A DNA stretch of 64,000 nt from Azolla caroliniana. Lineage: Eukaryota; Plantae; Polypodiophyta. A model generated the notes under the pieces. The model was not told where the DNA came from, did no database searches, and was given only the letters and a program-made list of their open reading frames with translations. Made by a program: the position numbers and the translations under genes. Positions within the stretch are counted from its first letter, which is position 1, and each line of letters opens with the position of its first letter. Location of the stretch: contig JBHGNT010000014.1 in the NCBI GenBank assembly GCA_043228905.1, positions 17,112,001 through 17,176,000 on the forward strand, written 5' to 3'. Below, piece by piece: positions 23,901 through 36,258 of this stretch.

Positions 23901-26846
23901 TGAACCTTGGTAAAAGATATCACAATATGTGTAGCCCTCTTCATGGCCCATGCTTTACATATTTGATTCATACAAACTATTGGTGACACTTATGATATAA
24001 TCTCCATAGGGTTCTATGCAGGAACATTACCACAAAAATAAAAAGTTAGCTTGTACTCTGGGTGTAACCTTAATTCCCAAAAAGTAAAAATGCATTATCT
24101 TGGTTGATTTCCTACATGAAAATTGCACTTGATTCATGTTCATACATGCCTCTTATGACCTGCAAAATTGTTTAGATTTGTAGTTTGTTTGAACATAAAG
24201 ACTAAATCTGATGCAACCATGTCCATCTCACAATTAATATGTAGTGCAATGCAAATATGAATTTCCTCTATATATTTGTATGCAGCAAATACATTATTCA
24301 TTCAACTGGTTTTCTAATCCCTATTTTTTTTATTCTATAGATAAGCTCTATGAAGAACCAATGATGGGTTTTGATGGTGTTTATTTGCCACGAGATGGAC
24401 GATTCAGCAAATTCAAGAAGAGTCATTTCATAGCTGTGGGCACGCGGTGTTTCCTCCGTCACTACATTTTCACGATTCAAAGCCTGTTTTTGCGAGATCG
24501 GACATTCGGGAAGCATGAGAACATTCATAAATTATATGTCGGACAGCTGAAGCAAAATTCCAAACCCACTGCAGGAACAACGATCGAATTCCCGCCGCCT
24601 GGTATCATGCGAGGTAGAAAATTCCTTCTCAAAAGTTGTACATTTCATACATCAAAACTGCTTTTAGTTTCAAAAGTTCTTGCAAAAATTTGCTTTTAGT
24701 TTCAAAAACTCATCCAAAAATTTGTTTCTAGTTTCAAATTTTCATGCAAAAATTTGCTTCTAGTTTCAAAAATTCATGCAAAATTTTGCTTTTAGTTTCA
24801 AAAATTCATGCAAAATTGCTTCTAGTTTCAAACATTTATGCAAAAATTTGCTGTAAGTTTCAAAAATTCATGCAATATACAAAGTTAATGGAATCACAAG
24901 AATCGGCTTTCCGAAATCATGAATACAGTGAATACCGAAGCTTGGAAATCTGATGAGGAATTCGGAAGACAGCGACTTGCAGGAACCAATCCTTTGGTCA
25001 TCCAACGTCTTGAGGTACATAAAACTCAGATCCTGTATATAGCATGGAAAAATTCAATCCTTTTTATTGCTAATCCAAATTTTGAGAAACTGCAAACTTT
25101 TCTTTAAATTTTTATGTTGAAACATTTCCTATGCTCTCAGAGCTTTCCCACAATGAGCACCTTGGATCCTGAGGTGTATGGTGATCCAAAGTCTTCCATC
25201 ACTGAGGATGATCTTGAACCTTTGCTTGAAGGTTTCTCTGTGAAAGAGGTAATGATGCTAAGTCCATTTTCATCAAACACTTTCAATTCTGGTGAAGAAA
25301 AATGAGACAAGAATTTTATGGGATAAGATTTCTCTTCAGAAACTAGAATTTGATTGATTGAACAACCTTTTTTTTTTCCCCCCAGGCATTGGAACACAAT
25401 TTACTGTACATATTGGATTACCATGATACAATGATGCCTTTCATCAACAGGATTAATAAGCAAGAAGGAAAGACATACGCCTCTCGTACTGTTTTATACC
25501 TGACAAGATCTGGGAAGCTCCTCCCTGTTGCAATAGAGCTAACTCTGCCCCCCCCCAAAAAGGGAGAAAAATCTATCAGTAGGGTCTTCACTTCTTCACA
25601 TTCAGAGTGGTTATGGCAGTTGGCCAAGACTCATGTGGCAGTTGTAGATTCAGGATACCACCAAATTGCCAGCCATTGGTAAGATTGTCTTGCATCCCTT
25701 AAGCATAATGATATGATGGCATAATCCTGATAGCATAACATTTGCTGTACCTGTTGAATTGATGGTTATGATCAACCACATAATGATATTAACTCAGAAT
25801 CTTTCGGTTTACTATCCTTTGATGGTTAAGATCAACCACATAATGATATTAACTCGGAATGTTTCGATTTACTATCCTTTGATGGTTACCTGTTGAATTG
25901 ATGGTTAAGATCAACCACATTTGGTGTACCTGTTGAATTGATGGTTATGATCAACCACATAATGATATTAGCTCGGAATGTTTCAATTTACTATCCTTTG
26001 ATGGTTAAGATCAACCACATTTGCTACCTGTTGAATTGATGGTTATGATCGACCACATAATGATATTAACTCGGAATGTTTCCATTTATTATCCTTTGAT
26101 GTTTCCCTGTTGAATTGATGGTTATGATCAACCACATAATGATATTAACTCGGAATGTTTCGATTTACTATCCTTTGATGGTTACCTGTTGAATTGATGG
26201 TTAAGATCAACCACATTTGCTACCTGTTGAATTGATGGTTATGATCGACCACATAATGATATTAACTCGGAATGTTTCCATTTATTATCCTTTGATGTTT
26301 ACCTGTTGAATTGATGGTTATGATCAACCACATAATGATATTAACGCGGAATGTTTCGATTTACTATCCTTTGATGGTTACCTGTTGAATTGATGGTTAA
26401 GATCAACCACATTTGCTACCTGTTGAATTGATGGTTATGATCAACCACATTTACTGCCTGTTGAATTGATGGTTATGATCAACCACATTTACTGCATGTT
26501 GAATTGATGGTTATGATCAACCCCATGATAATTTAACTCGAATGTTTCGATTTACTATCCTTTGATTATCGGTTTTTTTTCTGTAGGCTACGAACCCACG
26601 CATGTATAGAGCCAATTATAATTGCAACAGCAAGGCAACTCAGCATAATACATCCCATCCACATGCTATTATCACCCCACTTTAAAGATACTCTACACAT
26701 GAATGCATTTGCACGGTCATCTTTATTAGATGCAGGTGGAAAGATCGAAACACATTATACAAGCGGAGCGTATTCCATGGAGATGTCATCTGCTGTCTAT
26801 AAAAGCTGGAGGTTTGATATGGAGGGTTTACCTAACGATCTACTTA

Positions 26847-26883
<37 letters not shown>

Positions 26884-28660
26884 AATGCTTAATAAGAAGG
26901 CTTTTTTATCCCAAATTTGCAATTGAATCATGTATGCAAACCATAACCTAAAATTGTTGTGATCATTACTTGCAGTCAGAACCATTGACAACCTAAAAAA
27001 ACATTTGAATAGAATCTCAAGATATCATCTACTACTCATGAATTGTACATGCATCTAAATCAGTAAAGAACAAGGAGGGAGATCTACAGGTTCAAATTAG
27101 TGTTATAGATAGATGTAAAAAAAACACTTACAAAATGGTGGAATTAAGCAATCTAGGTTTCAAAGAATGAATCATGTACAATACAAATTTAAGCAATCTA
27201 GGTTTCAAAGCATTAATCCTGAACAATACAAATTTATGCAATCGGGTATTCACTCGTCTGGAAATGTTGGTTTCAAAGTATTAATTATGTTCAAATCATA
27301 AACACTTACATAAACACATTAGAGATAGTTTCAAATTAGTGCTAGCTGTAAAGCACACATACACAATGGTCGAATGAAATGTAGCTTTCAAAGCATTAAT
27401 CATGTACAATACAAATTTAAGCATTCCATTATTCACTGATCTGGCAATGTAGGTTTCAAAGTATGAATTATGTTCAATACATAAACACTTACATAAACAC
27501 ATTAGAGACAGTTTCAAATTAGTGCTAGGTGTAAAACACATCCAAAATGTAGAATGAAATGGAGATTTCAAGGCATTAATCATTGGACAATACAAATTTA
27601 AGCATTCCATCATTCACTGATCTGGAAATGGAGGTTTCAAAGTATTAATTATGTTCAATACATACACACATTAGAGACAGTTTCAAATTAGTGCTAGGTG
27701 TAAAACACATACAAATAAATGGTAGAATGAAAGGTAGGTTTCCAAGCATTAATCATGTAAAATACAAAATGTGTTTGGATCAGTTTGCTATATTCAGAAA
27801 CACTTACATAAACAGTAATGCTGATCATGAAGTCATGTGTTTTACTACACAACTTATATTGATTGTTGTGTGTGTGCAGGGGGATGGCAGTAAAGGACCC
27901 AAGTGCAAAACATGGGCTAAGGCTCACAATAGAGGACTATCCATATGCGGTAGATGGGTTGGATCTATGGGCGGCCATTCGAGAATGGGTCGGGGACTAC
28001 GTGAAGTTATATTACATGGACGATGAGGAAGTTGTGAAGGATGAGGAGGTCCAAAGCTGGTGGTTGGAAGTTAGGACAGTTGGGCATGGGGACCATGCCA
28101 ATGCCCCTTGGTGGCCCACCATGACAAGTGTCGAGAACCTAGTCGAGGTCGGGTCAACCATCATTTGGCTCGCATCGGCCCATCATGCCGCGGTGAACTT
28201 TGGGCAATATGCGTATGGCGGGTACATGCCCAACAACCCATGCATGGCGAGGAAGCTCATACCGGAGGAAGGCACCCGGGAATACGATCAGATGGTATCA
28301 GACCCCGAGAAGTTCTATCTAGAAACTCTTCCTGGGGATAGGGCCACGACATTCGCCATGGCGGTGCTCGAGATCTTGGCTCAGCATTTGGGTGATGAAG
28401 AGTACCTTGGGGAGCGGAACGATTCCCAATGGACCTCGGACAAGCGTGCGATTGCGGCCCTCAAGACATTCCGAAGGAGGCTCATGCAAGTGGAGGCTTC
28501 CATTGGAGCTAGGAATTCGGCGGCGGCGGCGGCGGCCCGGGAAGGGAAGCTTCATCATCGGGTGGGTTCGGTGGGATTGCCATACACATTGCTTGCTCCG
28601 AGCGGATGTGCGGGGCCAGGACTTACCTTCCGAGGGGTTCCCAACAGCATCTCAATGTGA
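20980..28660 (+). CDS. LOX: Lipoxygenase LOX-A, 815 aa, 9 exons: 20980-21103, 21288-21565, 23528-23768, 24341-24613, 24929-25014, 25141-25248, 25386-25678, 26587-26850, 27880-28660
   Basis: PLAT domain, [53 protein letters not shown]. All junctions are GT-AG and in phase; exon lengths sum to 2448 nt; no transit peptide. Confidence 0.93.
24655..24875. repeat. ~30-bp minisatellite in LOX-A intron 4
   Basis: About 7 copies of GCAAAAATTTGCTT(T/C)TAGTTTCAAAAATTCAT. Confidence 0.85.
25748..26565. repeat. Complex minisatellite in LOX-A intron 7
   Basis: Many copies of CCTGTTGAATTGATGGTTA(T/A)GATCAACCACAT, with or without AATGATATTAACTCGGAATGTTTC. Confidence 0.92.
27110..27770. repeat. ~180-bp tandem repeats in LOX-A intron 8
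   Basis: Recurring GTTTCAAATTAGTGCTAG (~27328, 27511, 27680) and CAATACAAATTTAAGCA. Confidence 0.85.
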
Positions 28661-29000
28661 GAGCATCCCATCCCATCCCATTGATTCATTGATTGATTCA
28701 TCCATCCATCCATCCATCCATCCATCCATTGATTCATCCATCTCAATGTGAGAGCATCCCATCCCATCCCATTGATTCATTGATTGATTCATCCATCCAT
28801 CCATCCATCCATCCATTGATTCATCCATCTCAATGTGAGAGCATCCCATCCCATCCCATCCCATTGATTCATCCATCCATCCATCCATTGATTCATTGAT
28901 TGATTCATCCATCCATCCATTTATTGATTGATTAATGCCTCCATATCCATCCATTCATCCATTCTTTCATCCACCTATCCATCCATTTATCCATCCCATC
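28648..29000. repeat. 3' UTR tandem repeat (~90 bp x3) that includes the LOX-A stop codon, with (ATCC)n microsatellite
   Basis: CATCTCAATGTGAGAGCATCCC at 28648, 28739 and 28825. Confidence 0.93.
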
Positions 29001-29004
29001 CACA

Positions 29005-30985
29005 TGTGGAAATATTTAAGCTAAAATATTATATTTATTAATTAGAAACAATTAATTAAGAATAGTTACTTATTAACAAAGCCTCTTTTATGTAAAAGAG
29101 ACAACTCCTGATTGACGAGTTATAACTTTTGAGCACTCGTCTCTATAAAACAAGCCATTTGGCTAAGAGACAACTCTTGATTGACGAGTTATAACCTTTG
29201 AGCAATCGTCTTTATAAAACAAGCCATTTGGCTATCTAACATATTAGAATCAATATAGAACAATTTTTTCTAACTGTTGATCAATCTAGCTATCATTCTC
29301 TATTTGTATTGTTGCCCATTTCTACATGGTATCAAATTACTAGATTTCCGCATTTATCAAAATAAGACTAGAGAATCTTAGGAGTGTTTATCCATTTGTC
29401 ATAAAGACTAGCGCTATCTATCTGCCTTCTTCTATAAAAATGGCACAATCCTTAACTCTTGCGAACATTGTGAACACACATTAACTTTCATTAATAAAGT
29501 TTACGAAGCAAAACTTATCACATTTGGAGTGCTCGACTTGAATTATTATTCCAACATTACAAACTTTGGGATGTAGTGTCAAGAGCATCAACAAAACCTT
29601 TGCCGCCGAACCTCATCAAATCATTTGGGAAGAGAAAGACTTTGTGGCAAAGATGGAATTGTTAGCGCATATAGTAGATGTTCAAGGAGAAGCATTCAGA
29701 AAGCTACAAACTTTGCATCAAATTTGGGAGAAACTAAAGTCATAATACGAACCAAAGACCGATGCAACACAAGTACATACACTACGTGCATATGTCACAT
29801 TAACAATGAAAAAAGAAGATGATGTAGAGAACTTCCTAACCACTGGGGAAAAGAAATTGGACGATACAATCACATCTGGTTTGGATGTTTCTGAGAAACT
29901 ACAAAGATGTTTACTATTAGGTGCTTTACCCACTTCTGGGTCATCTTTTATAAGTACACAAAATTCAAATTAACAAGCCACTGTGGAAGACCTCATGGGA
30001 GACATAAGACAAGAAGATTCGATGAGAAAGACGAGAAGAAAACATATCGACACAAGCAATTGCTATGGCAGCCTATCAACCTCATTACAAGACACCATAA
30101 AGATACAAGAGTTTCAAGAGCCAATGTACTCACACACCTACGACTAAAGGAGGAATGAAGCTCACTAAATCCTCTTGCAACATTCGCAAAAGACCAAGAC
30201 ACACACCACAAGAATGTAAAGCAAAGCAATCGACACCGGAGTAACGAATCATCTCACACATCAATCGAATTGGCTTCAAAAACACACAGATCAATAGAAT
30301 AAGGATGACCAAGACATACATCAACAAAGAAGGATGACAAATGGTATCTCGACACCGGAGTAACGAATCATCTCACACATCAATCAAATTGGCTTCAAAG
30401 GTACATGCCCCTACAAAACCCAATAACTGTTAGATTTGGAAATAATGGAGTAAAGTAAGCATTAGGTAAAGGCCAACTTACTTTTTATCTCCCTGGAGAG
30501 GAAACTTCACCGTCGATGATGTGTACCATGTGCCTGGTATCACCAAGTATCTCCACTCAATAAGTCAAGCAACTTCAAATGGAACCATCATCGAATTCCA
30601 TCATAACCAAGCCGTGATTCGTCATTTGCTCCCAAATGGCCTTACAATACGAATTTCTTGCAAAAGAGAAGGAGGGTTATATACAATTAGTTAAATGTAT
30701 CCAATAAACCAAATTATCAAAAATCGAGGTTCATGCAACAAAAATCGAAAGAGAACAAGAACTCACCTTGCTTTGGCACTAATGACTTGGACATTCACAT
30801 ATTGCTGCAATGCAGACACTCCAAACTCATAAACTCGCTCAATGAGTCCTAACGGATATGTTCTACAAAATTGACTTATGTGAAGTGCGTTTGTTCGGCA
30901 AAATGGCATCATCAAAGTTTCCTACAAGTAATTCACGAAGACGTCGACCTCTTGAACTTGTCCATAGTGGCATATGTGGTCCATA
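29005..30985 (+). mobile_element. Degraded Ty1/copia 5' half (LTR 29005-29326, PBS, gag, PR, IN N-terminus)
   Basis: TGTGGAAAT...ATTTCTACA LTR containing a 69-bp duplication; TGGTATCA at 29327; KWYLDTGVTNHL; PLELVHSGICGP. Confidence 0.8.
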
Positions 30986-30989
30986 TTTT

Positions 30990-32520
30990 TTCCATAAAAA
31001 ATATCCTCCATTGGTATTAAAATAGTTCACTATTACAATGATTATTGCATGTGAATGTGTTTGCATCATGTTTTAGACCCGATTTCAGCATACATTTGAA
31101 ACATTGGACAATGATATAGCGATCGTGGTTTATTTCAAACCCTTTTATCATTGCATTCCAAGATGTAATGTCCCTTATAGATAGAGCATTGAAAATATTT
31201 TGTGCGTCTTTGATGCTGCCACATTTGCCATATGTATCTACAAGCGTGTTGCTGACTAGGATCTCTCTATCAAATCCCTTCTTTAAAAAAATTCATGAGT
31301 GTTTTGTTGGAGTCTAAGATTGCCATTGCGGAAACATGAACAACATCTATGTTAAGAAGATCACCAAGTTAACAAGTTAAAGCAAGATCAAAGAGATAGA
31401 GTGAGAGAAAGTCTTAGACAGAGACAAAGAGGCACACAATGTAAAAATCTTATTCCAAAAGTTACAATACAAGAATTGCGCTATCAACAACTCTCTGAAC
31501 TAGGTTACAAAGCTAGTTATATACTAATTGGGCTAGGGCAATTGCCCTTTGACTTATTTACAGAATTGTTTTAAACCTAGTTTGTGCAGAGGGACAATGT
31601 GAATACGACCATTATACACCCGTATTCGACATGTTTGATGTAGCCTATCTACAGCTCCTAAGCCGCCACATGCTTTCAAGATGAAAATTAAGGTTCATTA
31701 GTGGTTGTTGATTAAATCCATTATCAACATATCCAGAAAGTAGAACATTCCATAACACATCATCCCATGTGCAGAGAGACTCTTGAAGATAATGCATGCT
31801 TCATGGGTTGCACCACATTTTGCATGTAAGTCGACCAAACTGTTGAATCCAACAAAAAGATCTTTTTCATATGCTTTCCGAAGGATTTCACTATGTCTAT
31901 TTGACCTTCATTAAGAGCACGATACTTCATGCTTTTAAGACAACAACATATATGTCGCAGTCCACAATCTAAGAGTCCAATAATTAGTGCATTCCATAAG
32001 ATGCCATCATGTTTAGACTTGTCAAAACCATACACACATTTGGCATAAATGTCAGTTAACAACATACTAGCAATAAACATAGCATTCTCATATCTTGCCA
32101 ATAAGATTTGGATATGTATTAGATTTTGTCTAATACTAATTGACTTCAAATTTCCACAAGCTCTCACTATACATGCCAATGTGATAACATTCGGAAATAA
32201 ACTTTCTATCTGAATCTGTGTAAAACAATGTAGCACTTTGTTATCTGGCCCAAACTCAACATATCCTGAGAGTAGTGTGTTCCACAAGAGTAGATCTTGA
32301 TTTGGCAATGAATCAAAAATATCTTGTGCCTTTGACATCAACCCAAGTTTAGCATGCATATCCAGTAGAGCACAAGCTATTGAAAAATATGAATCATAAC
32401 CCTCTTCTGCAATCTCCATGTGTAATTTTCGGCATTTTGTGCATTTCTTGGCCCTTGCATAAACTTTCTATGTTTCGAAAAACTTTCGAACCATATACAA
32501 ATGTGAGAGAATCTTGGGAG
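30990..32520 (-). pseudogene. Fragmented PLS-class PPR pseudogene interrupted by an LTR
   Basis: ALLDMHAKLG..AQDIFDSL..WNTLLSGY (32200-32400); VSNTLVDTYGKCGSIKDAQNIF..SWNAMIKG (31140-31260); frameshifts and deletions. Confidence 0.85.
31350..31631 (-). mobile_element. Solo-like LTR of the same family as the truncated LTR at ~32530-32583
   Basis: TG..CA ends; shares CAGAGGGACA.TGTGAATA..TATACACCCGTATTCGACA with 32537-32583. No TSD found. Confidence 0.65.
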
Positions 32521-35500
32521 ATTCCTTCTAGGTTGTCCAGAGGGACAGTGTGAATATGGGCATTTATACACCCGTATTCGACACTCCCTCGTAATGGGCG
32601 TATACACTAAGGAGAGGATTGTAGTATAAAACAGGAGAAACAAGTTATAGAAAAAGATGCTAGGATAGATCGGCTTATAGTCGAATCGTTGACGACCAAA
32701 AGAAACAGGGGTCGAATCGGCTGGTTCGAGTGCAGAGGCCGATTCAGCTGTCAAGGCTGATTTTTTGAAGCTATCTCTGTTGTCTGACTCGATCATACTG
32801 ATTTCTCCTTAAGCCCATCTGGTCCCGAAGTGACTGGAACTGGTCAACTGTGAGACACTTAGTCATCCCGTCTAATATGTTGTCTGTAAGGATCTCTGAT
32901 CGGCCACAACCGGTTTGCTCTTGTGCGTATGCAGATGCAAAGATTAAGAATGACAGTACACAGACAAAAGAATAACGTAAGTACAGAGACACAGGATGTT
33001 ATGTGGAAAACCCTGAATGGAAAAACCATGGGAGCCTAGAGACTCTGAACTAGATCACTATTAGTAAGAGGAATACAATAAGAAACTACAAGGCACCGAC
33101 CTTGAGTTCGTCTTCATCTAAGAGATGGCTATGGAGAAATTACTCACTCTCACTCTCTTATACTCTCTTAGTTACAGAGGCAACAACCAATAGTAACTAT
33201 GCACAACAATAATCAACAACTATTTTCTAACTACTTGCCCTAAGTATATTTATACTCTTATACAAGTTGGGCTATTTACAAATATAGCCCATTAAGGGCA
33301 CAATGAGGCTACTTACAATTATAGCCCCGAATTGGCTTTGACAGATTTAGATTCGATTTTTGGCCACGACCAAATCGAACAATTGGTTTGATTTTTCTGC
33401 TGTCAACGGATTTGGTTCTTCCTTTTCTTCAACTCGTGCTCCTCTTCCCATCCGAAGGGACTTGTTACCTAACAAACTCCCCATTTACTCCAGCATGGGG
33501 TGTTTTGTTAGTCCGATTTGTCTTCGACATGCATCCAACTTTTCGGCCGACAACACCTTCATTAGCATGTCCGACCCATTCTCCGTTGTATGTACCTTCA
33601 CTGAGCAATCTCCTTCTCTTCTATCTGTTCCTGGAGCCAATGGTATCTCCTCTGGATATGCTTGGTCCTCGAGTGGTAGGCAACATTCTTCGCAAGGTGG
33701 ATGGCACTTTGGTTGTCGCAATAGAGTCAGAATTCTTCTTGTCAAATTCCCAGATCACTGATAAACTGCATCCAAATTATCTCCTGGTCGGTTTCTGCAA
33801 AAGCCATGTACTCCGCTTCCATGGTTGACAATGTCATTGCCTTCTGTAGCCTCGATTTCCATGAGACAGCTCATTAGCCGACATGTCCAAATCAGTATAA
33901 CCTTCCAATATGGGGTTACCTAAAGCTTAATCAGAGGCACACGCTCGAGGTGCCTCTCAAGTACCGAAGTATCCATTTCACTGCAACCTAATTCTCTCTT
34001 CCGGGATTTGCTCATATACCAGCTAACGACTCCGATAGCATATGCGATGTCTGGCCTAGTGCAAACCATTGCATACATCAGGCTTCTGATTGTTGAGGCG
34101 TATGGGACCTTGCTCATCTCAGCCACGTATTCGGACATTGACTTCCAGACAACTTACTCTTTGTTGATAATGTCGAACCAACTAGTTTTACATTTTGCAT
34201 GTTGAACCTCTAGAGCACCTTTGTCACATATTTCTCCTGTGACAACCATAACAACTTCTTTGTTCGGTCTTGGAGAATGTGCATACCCAGTATCTACTTT
34301 GCCGGACCCATATCCTTCATCGCAAACGACTTGCTCAAGGCCTTCTTCACGCTTTCGATATTCTTCGGGTCCTGTCCAACAATTAGCATATCATCAACAT
34401 ACAACAGGAGGATGAGAAAGTCTCCTCCATCATATTTCTTAACAAAGACACAATGGTCGGCTTGTGTCTTCTTGAAACCATGATCCACCATGAAGGATTC
34501 AAACTTTTGGTACCATTGTCGGGGAGCCTGCTTCAATTCGTAAAGGCACTTCCTCAACCGGCACACCAGATTCTCCTTTCCTTTCTCCATGAATCCCTCC
34601 GATTGATGCATGTATATTTCCTCTTCGAGATCGCCATGCAGAAACATCGTCTTGACATTCAATTTTTCGACTTCGAGATTCATACTGACTGCTATGCTCA
34701 TCACTGTTTGGATGGATGCCATCTTCACTACCGGGGCAAATATTTCGTCGAAATCCACACACTTCTTCTATTGAAAGCCTTTCACCACGATTCGGACTTT
34801 GAATCTGGGTGGATTCCCACCATCTCAAGGTTTCAACTTGTATACCCACTTATTTCAGAGTTCCTTCTTTCCTTTCGGCAACTCCATTAATTCACATATG
34901 TGGTTCTCATGTAGAGAAATCATTTCTTCCTGCATGGCACTTAACCACTTTCTGTTGTGGGTGTCCCTCTTCGCTTCCTCGAAGCTTTCCAGCTCCCCCT
35001 TGTTGGTTAGCAACACGTATTCTTTATCCCGAAATTTCTGGGGGAGGGTATCTCCTTCCCCTGCTTTCTTCAGCTAGCTCACTAGGTCCTTCCTCTTCTC
35101 CTTCGGCTAGTTTGTCGTCCGATTAAGAGTCGACTAATCCTTCCTCTTTGGATCCAATCGAGTGCTTGCCTGTCGATCCAGCTCCGAGTTTGACTTCATG
35201 TCTGAATCCGACTCCCGACTGGTCTCTGACCGATCCGACTCCTAGTTTGAATTCGGTCGACTCCTCCAGTTCTTTAGTTGGTGTTCGACTTCCGATTGGC
35301 CAGGAGGACATATCTGACTTCTCTTTCTCCCAATGGGCGATTTCCTTTTCTTCCATAAAGACAATGTCTCAACTCCGGATCACTTTCTTCTCGGCTAAAT
35401 CCCATAGCCGATAGCCGAATTTGTTGTCACCATATCCGAGAAATATGCATGGCGGAGTTTTTGGATCCAGTTTTCCCCTAAGGTCCTTAGCAACATGCAC

Positions 35501-36180
35501 GTAGGCAAGACAACCGAACACCCTCAAATGTTAGTGCGAGACGTCCTTGTCGGTCCACACTCTTTGTGGAATATCTCTGTCCAAGGGTGTTGAGGGTGAT
35601 CTGTTGATCACATACACTGTCGTCATCAACGCCTCAGCCCAAAACGTCTTGGACAACTTGACATGTGCTAACATACTCTGGACCCTCTCCATGATGGTCC
35701 AGTTCATCCTCTCAGCCAACACTTTGAACTCTGGAGTCTTCGACACGGTGTACTTCAGTTGGTGTCATGAATACATAAGCATCATGGCCTCACTTGGGCT
35801 TGAACCCAAGACCTTGTAATACATAATCAAGAACCTAACCAAAATAATAAAAGCTACTTCTTATAATAGATTGATTATTGTAAATGTTCTGGAACATTCT
35901 AGAACATCTTAGAATATTCTAGGTCTAGAACATCTTAGAAATCGCTAGGCTATTCTATAGGAACCTATAAATATGGACATACAATTCTTCTCAAACCAAT
36001 TTGAATCAACATTAGTCTTAAGCTTTCGTCACCTTTCTTGTATCCATCTTCATTCTATCTTACTAATACATTCATTCTTCTCTTATCACTTCATTTCTCT
36101 CTTCTCGTTATCTCTTTACATCTTTCGTCTACCACTCTATCCTTTCTCTTGGTTTTGACAGTTTTATTTGAATTCTCTTA

Positions 36181-36182
<2 letters not shown>

Positions 36183-36232
<50 letters not shown>
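36183..36232. repeat. (CT)n microsatellite in the chromovirus leader; other SSRs: (TA)n ~26852-26878, (TG)n(AG)n ~61212-61257, (GA)n ~62640-62664
   Basis: Directly visible. Confidence 0.95.
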
Positions 36233-36238
<6 letters not shown>

Positions 36239-36258
36239 CTCTATAAACATCACGAAAC

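Noticed and set aside
28555-28954. MDGW/SIHP repeat ORFs
   Set aside because: Translations of the (ATCC)n 3' UTR repeat.
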